In this document: positions 8,401-13,746 of the stretch, piece after piece
Layout of the letters: each line of letters opens with the position of its first letter
Position numbering within the stretch: the first letter of the stretch is position 1
From: Arenicella sp.
GTDB taxonomy: Bacteria; Pseudomonadota; Gammaproteobacteria; Arenicellales; Arenicellaceae
Reading direction: 5' to 3'
Assembly (NCBI GenBank): GCA_016763815.1
Contig: JAESTB010000548.1
Coordinates: 1-13,746 of the forward strand
Length of the DNA stretch: 13,746 nucleotides
Made by a program: the position numbers and the translations under genes
Notes under the pieces: generated by a model
What the model saw: the letters and a program-made list of their open reading frames with translations, nothing else
Database searches by the model: none
Told to the model about the DNA's origin: nothing

Positions 8401-9439
8401 AAATATGCATGAGCTAGCATTTGGTATCACCAGTAATAATGCCGCGTTCGGGCCGGTGCGAAATGCATACGACCCATCACGGTTCGCTGGAGGCAGTAGT
8501 GGTGGAACCGCTGTCGCTATAGCCGCCGGAGTTGTCGATATGGGGCTTGGTACTGATACCGGCGGTTCTACGCGTATTCCTCCGGCGTTAAATGGCGTGG
8601 TTGGTTTTCGGCCGTCCTTGGGTCGGTACCCGTCTGGAGGGGTCACGCCCGTGTCGGAAACTCGCGATACTGTTGGGCCGATTGCGAATAATGTGACCAA
8701 CCTGGCGTTATTAGACTGCATAATGAGCGATTGTGATTCAGCGCTTAAGCCTGTGTCGTTGAAGGGCTTGCGTTTGGGGATACCTAGAGAATATTTTTAC
8801 CACAACCTTTCTGAGGATGTTGCAACTACCATGCAACAAACGATCGAAATGCTCGCCAACGCGGGCGTCATAATTGTCGAAGTGGAGATGCATGGCTTAG
8901 AAGAAGCGAATAATGGTGTGAGCTTTCCAGTCGTTCTTTATGAGTTTATTCATGAATTGCCGGTGTATTTAAAAACTCAAAACACCGGAGTTTCGATGCA
9001 ACAACTGGTTGACGGAATCGCTAGCCCAGATGTGAAAGCCACTGTCCTAAGCCAACTAGGTGAAGAGGCAATGCCCGAGCTATCGTATCGACAAGCCCTG
9101 GATGAGTTTAGACCCCGGTTACAATTGCTCTATCAAAAAACCTTTGATGAATACAATGTTGCTGCATTATTAATGCCGACTACGGTATTATCAGCACAGC
9201 CCATTGATAGTAGTGATGAAACGGTGATGTTGAATGGCACGCAAGTACCGACATTTCCGACTTATATCAGAAATACTGATCCATCTTCAAATGCAGGCAT
9301 ACCGAGTTTGACGCTCCCGGCTGGGAAGGGGCGAGATGGTTTGCCGATTGGTGTTTTGTTAGACGGCCCGAAAAATAGCGACCGACGATTGTTATCGATT
9401 GGCTTGGCTGTAGAGAAAATGATTAACAAACCACCTTAA
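5441..9439 (+). CDS. Exported fusion protein: penicillin G acylase family Ntn hydrolase (peptidase S45; alpha chain, spacer, beta chain) joined by a short linker to an amidase-signature (AS) family amidase
   Basis: A single uninterrupted 1332-codon ORF. Residues ~60-867 match E. coli Pac by eye (IYRDEYGTPH, YGYAVATDRLFQMEM, LLPKEF, DVAMIFVG, SELDNL, then beta-chain SNFW, NGPQFG, WGSTAG, YIVNWNN, ADR, NRGSEN, PPGQSGF). Residues ~887-1332 are an AS amidase (LHGVPIVVKDN, GGSSGGTAVAIAAG, GTDTGGSTRIPPA). The coordinates give the maximal ORF. The physiological start is more likely Met17 (ATG 5489), which yields a classical signal peptide MRPFFLGLLSALALSAGSSVAS-E. Met13 (5477) is also possible. Confidence 0.9.
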   Translation: MLNKTIVEVVDWMGATMRPFFLGLLSALALSAGSSVASEGSVTSPDVSVTQGADLTDALEGTTIYRDEYGTPHVVSDSNYGVYFGYGYAVATDRLFQMEMLRRTAEGRVAEVLGRKYLDLDKHLRTAYDHRAVSRQLNELDDQDRDVLQAYAAGFSKRVSEVLSAQATLLPKEFMDYGFLPQKWSSYDVAMIFVGSIIHRYSDFNSELDNLSLLTSLSKLHGVEKAQKIFDASKWLVDPSSPTTVPRDQPTQAAAVSAVVSDTPLNATHAWNTQQPLGEVQTTRVVLDKNGRFLGTTNDPKMQAIADQQLAEYGFIGPEYQAASNFWSVSGSRLSNADGALVNGPQFGFGLPSYVYSIGLHGGDFDLVGNTLLGLPSMLFAHNNNVSWGSTAGMSDQVDVYREQLINNKPEHYRHDNQDKKFETWIETIKVKGEADVAVTARRSVHGMVVSMDRESGTAYTRARAWEGAEVQTLMAWVNLSKDKTMDAVQSRLSGVAANINFYYMDVKGNLGYTHGGRYPRRADSHDSRIPAEGSGRDDWLGFRPYSDSPNVRNPDQGYIVNWNNRPAAGWPTSDLWTYTWSEADRSKHIVNEINSSAKMTTDDVWAITEQVSYKDVSAVFLLPYLTKAVSAVVLSSDSKKAFEIVENWDREWRLEANGEYGAAELIVESWTKRLFENVFKDDIGEDKYALYAATNNPNKPLGPSMGSSVGSKVILRNLTSLESGTNDYDFFNGETPAKVLSRSFIETIEALIAEHGSDTSTWTLAAAPMTWKPYNFRGVPQASEDRLVSLPAYMNRGSENNFFVAKDGRFVAFDVNPPGQSGFVAADGTAAKHSEDQVDLYSTYGTKVLPFTIEEIKAAAVTIEILNHDSKPEVPKAGAGFKSSSNLLEQMQVTFERAESVKNLGAFIHLDNAVALASAHSAQAALDAGKTVGALHGVPIVVKDNIHVAGMPNSAGTPALKGFMPQDNNPAVQRLLDAGAIVIGKTNMHELAFGITSNNAAFGPVRNAYDPSRFAGGSSGGTAVAIAAGVVDMGLGTDTGGSTRIPPALNGVVGFRPSLGRYPSGGVTPVSETRDTVGPIANNVTNLALLDCIMSDCDSALKPVSLKGLRLGIPREYFYHNLSEDVATTMQQTIEMLANAGVIIVEVEMHGLEEANNGVSFPVVLYEFIHELPVYLKTQNTGVSMQQLVDGIASPDVKATVLSQLGEEAMPELSYRQALDEFRPRLQLLYQKTFDEYNVAALLMPTTVLSAQPIDSSDETVMLNGTQVPTFPTYIRNTDPSSNAGIPSLTLPAGKGRDGLPIGVLLDGPKNSDRRLLSIGLAVEKMINKPP
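5477..5505 (+). promoter_or_regulatory. Terminator-like hairpin plus U-tract overlapping the candidate start codons of the acylase-amidase fusion gene (possible attenuator or translation-occluding structure)
   Basis: ATGGGCGCA (5477-5485), loop ACGA, TGCGCCCAT (5490-5498) form a perfect 9-bp stem. Including the last stem base, 8 consecutive T follow (5498-5505). ATG 5477 (Met13) forms the base of the 5-prime arm. ATG 5489 (Met17) spans the loop and the 3-prime arm. Confidence 0.55.
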
Positions 9440-9465
9440 ACAAAAATCTTACAAGTAGGACTCAA

Positions 9466-10464
9466 ATGCAACCCACCAACTCTCAACATTCTTTGAATAA
9501 GCATATCGGCGGGTTTATCGAATCTCTAATACTCGACCGGCGTGTGCATGCCAAATCGCTGGTCTCTACCTTGTATGGGGATATGGTGGTAACCAATGAT
9601 GGTTTCGCCTGGGTTGAAACTGTGTGCGCTGCGCTTGAGTTATTGGGTGTTAATGACCGGCTTGTACGTACAGCTTTGTTTCGTCTCAGAGAGGATGGCT
9701 GGGTAACAGCAACTCGCTCTGGGCGCAAAAGTTATTATCAATTGACTGAGTCTGCCGACGCTCAAACTCGTCAAGCGGAGCAGCGAATTTACTACTCCGA
9801 TACGCCGAGCTGGGATGGTAGCTGGGTTTTGATATTTTTGCTTGCTCCGTCCTTAGATGCAGAACTAAGACGTGAGTTTGAGCAAGAACTAGGGTGGATA
9901 GGTTTCGGTGCGATGAGCAAACGTGTTTGGGCCTATCCTGGCAATAAGTTTGAGCTTATCTCTGAGAAAATCAATCGGCTAGATTTAACCGGCAAGGTCA
10001 TTGCCATGCGCTGTAAAAATATTCATGAAGTAGACTTAGGTTTGAATATCGACGATCGAGAGCTTGCGGCTATGTGTATGCCGATCTCAGAGGTGGAAAG
10101 TATCTATAAGCAGTTTATACAAGATTTTTCGCCGTTGATCGATGAATACGGCGTTTTCTCGATGCAAGGAAACAATGCTGAAATGTTATCGCTGCGATTA
10201 TTGATGATGGATGAATATCGCCGAGCGACCTTACGTGATCCCCATTTACCACGAGCGTTACTGCCTGATAATTGGGCAGGCCACGAAGCATTTGTTCTCT
10301 GTGGTAAAATTTATAAACAAATTTATAAAGCGGCCAATATGCATTACAAAGAATTACAAAGAAATGCGGGTGTGGTTGATGTCGTCGACGGTGACGGCGC
10401 TGATAAATCAACTAGGCCATTGAGTTATGACGGTAGGTTTCTCGCCGAAACGATTAACAAATAA
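9466..10464 (+). CDS. paaX: PaaX, phenylacetyl-CoA-responsive transcriptional repressor of phenylacetate catabolism
   Basis: Colinear by eye with E. coli PaaX (SL.S.LYGD, R.ALFRL..EGW......GR.S.Y.L....., P.WDG.W.L, GFGA, LRDP.LP..LLP..WAG). AGGA lies 7 nt upstream of the ATG. The gene starts only 26 nt after the stop of the fusion gene. Confidence 0.9.
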   Translation: MQPTNSQHSLNKHIGGFIESLILDRRVHAKSLVSTLYGDMVVTNDGFAWVETVCAALELLGVNDRLVRTALFRLREDGWVTATRSGRKSYYQLTESADAQTRQAEQRIYYSDTPSWDGSWVLIFLLAPSLDAELRREFEQELGWIGFGAMSKRVWAYPGNKFELISEKINRLDLTGKVIAMRCKNIHEVDLGLNIDDRELAAMCMPISEVESIYKQFIQDFSPLIDEYGVFSMQGNNAEMLSLRLLMMDEYRRATLRDPHLPRALLPDNWAGHEAFVLCGKIYKQIYKAANMHYKELQRNAGVVDVVDGDGADKSTRPLSYDGRFLAETINK

Positions 10465-10489
10465 GGCTCGATTAGTCTTCAGATTCGAA

Positions 10490-10527
10490 TAATAGCCAGT
10501 ACTATGCTGGCTATTAACGTTTTCTTT
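10490..10527. terminator. Stem-loop between the convergent paaX and paaE genes (likely the paaX terminator, possibly bidirectional)
   Basis: TAATAGCCAG (10490-10499) pairs with CTGGCTATTA (10507-10516), giving a 10-bp stem with a 7-nt loop. ACG then TTTTCTTT follow on the plus strand. The trailing tract on the minus strand is weaker. Confidence 0.5.
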
Positions 10528-10559
10528 GAATACACGTAGAGTCTTAATACCGAGTCTTT

Positions 10560-11642
10560 CTATTTTTCATCAAAATCGACAGTGACTTCGTCGCTGATCG
10601 GGTGAGCTTGGCAGGTTAAGACAAAGCCCTGTTGTATTTCTTCATCGCTGAGCGAATAGTTTAGATCCATCTCTGTCTCGCCTTTAATGACTTTGGCCTT
10701 GCAGGTGGCACACACGCCAGCCTTGCAGGCAAATGGCAAATCTTTTCGAACTTTCAGCGCTGCATCAAGTATTGATTCTCCGCCTCGGGCGAGTTCTAAT
10801 TTACTGCCTTTACCATCGATGATAACAACCAGTTTAACTAAGTGTGAGCGCTCTTCGTCAGTCAATGATTTTTGAGCTTGAGCGTTGGCTATTGCTTGAA
10901 GGTCTTCAGGTACTCCAAATAGTTCGCTATGAACGTTCTTTTTTTCTACTCCAGCGATCACAAAGGCCTCTTGTGCGGAGGTAACCATTTCATAGGGGCC
11001 ACAAAGAAACACATCATTCAACTGGTCTGCTGGAATCAGTGTCTTCAAAAACTGAGAAATCTTCTTACCATCAATCCGGCCATTTAATAAGTCAGAGTTT
11101 TGGATTTCACGGCTCAACACGTTGAATACCGCGAGGCGTTCATGATACTTGTTTTTTAGTCCCTCTATTTCTTCTAAGAACATGATTGTGTCAGTGCTCT
11201 TGTTTCCATAAATAAGCGTAAAAGTACTACTCGATTCTGTTTCAAGGGTGGTTTTTAAAATTGACAGAACAGGGGTAATACCACTCCCCGCAGCGACGCC
11301 AATATAATTGTTGCTTTGCGTAGCATCCAGCTCAGTATAAAAGTGGCCGGTAGGCGGAAGCACATCGATGGTATCACCAACCGCAAGTTCTTCATTCGCC
11401 CATGTTGAAAAGAGTCCACCTTCAACCTTTTTAATGCCGACACGGAGTTCGTTGTCAGCGACACTGCTGCAAATCGAATATGAACGTCTTAGCTCTTCAC
11501 CATCAATTTCACGGATGAAGGTTAAATTTTGGCCTTGTGCATAGGTGAAATCACCTAATCTATCAGAGGGGACATCTAGAGAAACGACAACAGAGTCGTG
11601 TGTCTCGCGAGTAATATTCTTAACGGTGGCTTTAGCAAACAT
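10560..11642 (-). CDS. paaE: Phenylacetyl-CoA 1,2-epoxidase reductase subunit PaaE (FNR-like FAD/NAD(P)H domains plus a C-terminal plant-type 2Fe-2S ferredoxin)
   Basis: RRSYSICS flavin-binding motif (RxYS), GVAAGSGITP nucleotide-binding motif, and a C-terminal CKAGVCATCKAKV...C cluster-binding motif. Colinear by eye with E. coli PaaE. It is the last gene of the paaABCDE string. Confidence 0.92.
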   Translation of the reverse strand: MFAKATVKNITRETHDSVVVSLDVPSDRLGDFTYAQGQNLTFIREIDGEELRRSYSICSSVADNELRVGIKKVEGGLFSTWANEELAVGDTIDVLPPTGHFYTELDATQSNNYIGVAAGSGITPVLSILKTTLETESSSTFTLIYGNKSTDTIMFLEEIEGLKNKYHERLAVFNVLSREIQNSDLLNGRIDGKKISQFLKTLIPADQLNDVFLCGPYEMVTSAQEAFVIAGVEKKNVHSELFGVPEDLQAIANAQAQKSLTDEERSHLVKLVVIIDGKGSKLELARGGESILDAALKVRKDLPFACKAGVCATCKAKVIKGETEMDLNYSLSDEEIQQGFVLTCQAHPISDEVTVDFDEK

Positions 11643-11650
11643 GTTTTATT

Positions 11651-12148
11651 TCAGATTGGTTTGAAGTAGTCGAACGGCTCTTTGCATTGATTGCACTTCC
11701 AGAGTGCTTTACAAGCAGTAGAACCAAATTGACTAATTATTTGTGTGTTTAGAGATCGGCATTGAGGGCAGGGCGCCGTGAACAATAGCCGCTGTTCTTC
11801 CGATGATTGGCTTAAATCCGTGGTTCGACACGGTGGGGCAATGCCATAGTCACGCAATTTTTGTTTACTTTCATCGCTCATCCAGTCGGTGGTCCAAGCG
11901 GGAGATAAAACCAGCAACACCTCAGATTCGGGATACCCATTGTCAGCAAGCACGGTGCTGACATCTTGCGCTATTTGATCTATTGCTGGGCAGCCAGAGT
12001 ACGTGGGTGTAATGGTGACTTTAACGCGGCCGTGTTCTATTGCAACTCCCCTGAGTATGCCCATTTCATCTATGCTTAAAACTGGGATTTCGGGGTCTGC
12101 CACAGACGAGAGTATCTCGAGTAGTTTTACCTGTTCTTGAGACTGCAT
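11651..12148 (-). CDS. paaD: Phenylacetyl-CoA epoxidase accessory subunit PaaD
   Basis: Matches E. coli PaaD by eye (DPEIPVL.I.D.G, TPTYSGCPA, PAWTTDWM, REYGI.PP, C.....FGSTACKAL..C..C.EPFDYFK.I). I place the start at ATG 12148 (MQSQEQ...), 2 nt after the paaC stop. The track GTG at 12157 is an alternative. Confidence 0.88.
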   Translation of the reverse strand: MQSQEQVKLLEILSSVADPEIPVLSIDEMGILRGVAIEHGRVKVTITPTYSGCPAIDQIAQDVSTVLADNGYPESEVLLVLSPAWTTDWMSDESKQKLRDYGIAPPCRTTDLSQSSEEQRLLFTAPCPQCRSLNTQIISQFGSTACKALWKCNQCKEPFDYFKPI

Positions 12149-12150
12149 AT

Positions 12151-12903
12151 TTACCACTTACACCCTGGCATGCTACGCGGCAGAATCTGCATTTCAGCTA
12201 AGATGTACCCCAAGTGTTGAGTGTGGATGCCTTGACGACCACCACTCATTAGAAACGCCTCGTCGGGCTTTATTAGTGTTGCTTCTTCGAGTAACGCGGT
12301 GACAGCGGTGTCCCATATTACTTTCACTTTGCTTAAATCGGCCGCATGGCCTTTAGCCAGTAAGCGTTGATCTACCTCATCGGATTCGAACATTTCGGGA
12401 GTGAACTGCCACATCTCGTTTACTGCCTCCTGCATGCGTTCATGGCTGAGCTCAGTGCCATCGCCAAGACGTTTAACCCAGTTGCTGCTGTGGCGTACAT
12501 GGTATTGCGCTTCTTTCACTGATTTAGTCGCGATTGCCGCAAGCATTTCATCGTTGCAATTCACCAGCTCTTGAAGGAATGCTAAGTGCCAAACGTCGTA
12601 GAAATACTGTCTTGCGATGGTGTCAGCGAAATTTCCACTGGGCTGCTCAACCAGTAATAAATTTCTCCATTGGCGCTCGTCACGCATGAATGCTAAATCG
12701 TCTTCGCTGATGTCTTTATCTGAAAGCTCTGCTGCGTATTGGTAGAGCGAGCGAGCTTGGCCAATCATGTCCAGGCCGATATTGGTTAAGGCTATGTCTT
12801 CTTCAAGCTCAGGAGCCTTAGCCGCCCACTGACAGAGGCGCTGACACAGTATCATCGCGTTGTCCGCTTGGCGCAAGGTATAGGTATATAAATCGTTATT
12901 CAT
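12151..12903 (-). CDS. paaC: Phenylacetyl-CoA epoxidase structural subunit PaaC
   Basis: Matches E. coli PaaC by eye (YTLR.DN...L.QRL..W...APELE.D.AL.NIGLD..GQAR, RDERQ..NLLLVEQP.GNFADTIARQYF.D.WH, H..HLG..LAEMQ). Its ATG overlaps the paaB stop (TAATG). Confidence 0.9.
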   Translation of the reverse strand: MNNDLYTYTLRQADNAMILCQRLCQWAAKAPELEEDIALTNIGLDMIGQARSLYQYAAELSDKDISEDDLAFMRDERQWRNLLLVEQPSGNFADTIARQYFYDVWHLAFLQELVNCNDEMLAAIATKSVKEAQYHVRHSSNWVKRLGDGTELSHERMQEAVNEMWQFTPEMFESDEVDQRLLAKGHAADLSKVKVIWDTAVTALLEEATLIKPDEAFLMSGGRQGIHTQHLGYILAEMQILPRSMPGCKW

Positions 12904-13193
12904 TACATATGCTCGAGTTCTTTTGGCAACTTATAAAACGTGGGGTGTCGATAAATTTTGTCTCCTGACGGATCAAAAAGAACACTCTTATCATCGGGGT
13001 CTGACGCCACAATTTGTGACGAAGGTACAACCCAAATGCTGACACCCTCCATTCTGCGTGTGTATAGGTCTCGGGCATTTTGCATTGCCATTTCGGCATC
13101 AGACGCTCTAAGGCTGCCTGCGTGTTTGTGATCAATACCTCGGTTTGAGCGTATAAATACTTCCCAAAGCTGATAGTCTTTTTTGTCAGTCAT
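12903..13193 (-). CDS. paaB: Phenylacetyl-CoA epoxidase subunit PaaB
   Basis: The 96-aa product MTDKKDYQLWEVFIRSNRGIDHKHAGSLRASDAEMAMQNARDLYTRR.EG.SIWVV....IVAS...........DPS.DKIYRHPTFY matches the length and sequence of E. coli PaaB. I place the start at the internal ATG (13193), not at the 128-aa track ORF start, which would overlap the paaA 3-prime end. Confidence 0.9.
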   Translation of the reverse strand: MTDKKDYQLWEVFIRSNRGIDHKHAGSLRASDAEMAMQNARDLYTRRMEGVSIWVVPSSQIVASDPDDKSVLFDPSGDKIYRHPTFYKLPKELEHM

Positions 13194-13221
13194 AACCGTC
13201 GTTTCTCTCGTCTGTTTTTGC

Positions 13222-13746
13222 TTAGGCAGCTTGCGCTTTGGCAGCTTGCGCTTTGGCGGATTTTTTTTCGGCATAGGCAATCGCGGCATCGCGTACCCAT
13301 TGACCTTCTTCGTGTGCTTTGCGCCGATTATCGACGCGCAGCTTGTTACAGGGGCCGTTGCCCTTTATCACGTTATAGAACTCTGTCCAGTCAGGTTCGC
13401 CATAATCATAGTGGCCGGACTCCTCATTCCACTTGAGCTCGGGGTCTGGAATCGTTAAGCCCAATATTTCGGCTTGGCCAACCGCCATATCGATATATTT
13501 TTGGCGCAGCTCATCATTGGAAAACAGTTTGATTTTCCATTTCATAGACAGCTCAGAATTGGGCGATTGGTCATCGCGAGGCCCGAACATCATAATAGAT
13601 GGCCACCACCACCGATTAAGCGCGTCTTGCGCCATTTCTTTTTGTTTAGGGGTGCCATTGCAAAGCGACAGCATGATTTCATAGCCTTGGCGTTGATGAA
13701 AACTCTCCTCCTTACAAACGCGAACCATTGCACGCGCGTAAGGGCC
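13222..13746 (-). CDS. paaA: Phenylacetyl-CoA epoxidase catalytic (di-iron) subunit PaaA, N-terminal part outside the window
   Basis: The reading frame stays open to the window edge ([25 protein letters not shown]...). It matches the C-terminal half of E. coli PaaA by eye, including the EESFH di-iron ligand motif. Stop is TAA at 13222-13224. Confidence 0.92.
   Translation of the reverse strand, partial: GPYARAMVRVCKEESFHQRQGYEIMLSLCNGTPKQKEMAQDALNRWWWPSIMMFGPRDDQSPNSELSMKWKIKLFSNDELRQKYIDMAVGQAEILGLTIPDPELKWNEESGHYDYGEPDWTEFYNVIKGNGPCNKLRVDNRRKAHEEGQWVRDAAIAYAEKKSAKAQAAKAQAA
13225..13254. repeat. Perfect 15-bp tandem duplication (GGCAGCTTGCGCTTT x2) inside the last codons of paaA
   Basis: Read directly from the sequence: 13225-13239 is identical to 13240-13254, and GGC begins a third unit. 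On the minus strand it encodes the C-terminal tail (AKAQA)2, seen as ...[14 protein letters not shown]-stop. Confidence 0.85.

Noticed and set aside
8359-8721. A 120-aa antisense ORF inside the amidase domain, together with the 79-aa and 69-aa ORFs at 8153-8417
   Set aside because: It lies opposite the most conserved Gly/Ser/Ala-rich AS signature region, where GC-rich codons suppress stop codons on the other strand. It shows no recognisable motifs and has a Pro/Arg-rich, low-complexity composition.
12903-13289. The 128-aa long form of the paaB ORF, with a basic N-terminal extension [26 protein letters not shown]
   Set aside because: PaaB homologues are ~95 aa and align from the internal MTDKKDY start (ATG 13193). 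The extension overlaps the paaA 3-prime end and is simply the 15-bp tandem repeat read in another frame.
13183-13684. Plus-strand ORFs of 91, 72 and 83 aa opposite paaA and paaB
   Set aside because: These are shadow ORFs opposite strongly conserved paaA coding sequence. Part of them is generated by the tandem repeat.
1-13746. A mobile element, genomic island, CRISPR array or defence-system interpretation of the window
   Set aside because: I saw no integrase, transposase or recombinase, no terminal inverted repeats, no tRNA, no spacer-repeat array and no nuclease, ATPase or toxin-like ORFs. Every large ORF has a coherent metabolic or transport assignment.

Overview
This window comes from a moderately AT-leaning Gram-negative chromosome. 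The gene content looks gammaproteobacterial and possibly marine Alteromonadales-like, but I cannot verify that without a search. The window is centred on phenylacetate (PAA) metabolism.

Plus strand, in order:
- The 3-prime part of a pcaD-like enol-lactonase (1-768).
- A 321-nt AT-rich regulatory gap containing a perfect 11-bp inverted repeat.
- An apparent transport and hydrolysis gene string: a DUF485 (yjcH-like) protein, an ActP-family Na+/carboxylate symporter, a TonB-dependent receptor, two terminator-like hairpins, a 1332-aa exported fusion protein, and paaX.

Minus strand, convergent with paaX: paaA (partial), paaB, paaC, paaD and paaE, which encode the phenylacetyl-CoA 1,2-epoxidase.

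I saw no rRNA, tRNA, CRISPR array, transposase or integrase.

The main hunt result is the 1332-aa ORF. It joins a penicillin-G-acylase-type Ntn hydrolase with an intact Ser nucleophile to a complete amidase-signature amidase with an intact Lys-Ser-Ser triad, all behind a signal peptide. With the receptor, the symporter and PaaX around it, the region reads as an undescribed periplasmic scavenging locus for phenylacetyl/arylacetyl amides that feeds the paa pathway.

Secondary observations are a textbook terminator-like hairpin that buries the likely start codon of the fusion gene, and candidate PaaX operators upstream of the transporter genes. All homology statements come from by-eye comparison with remembered reference sequences (E. 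coli Pac, ActP, YjcH, PaaA-E, PaaX; Pseudomonas PcaD; FAAH motif spacing). No database search was run.
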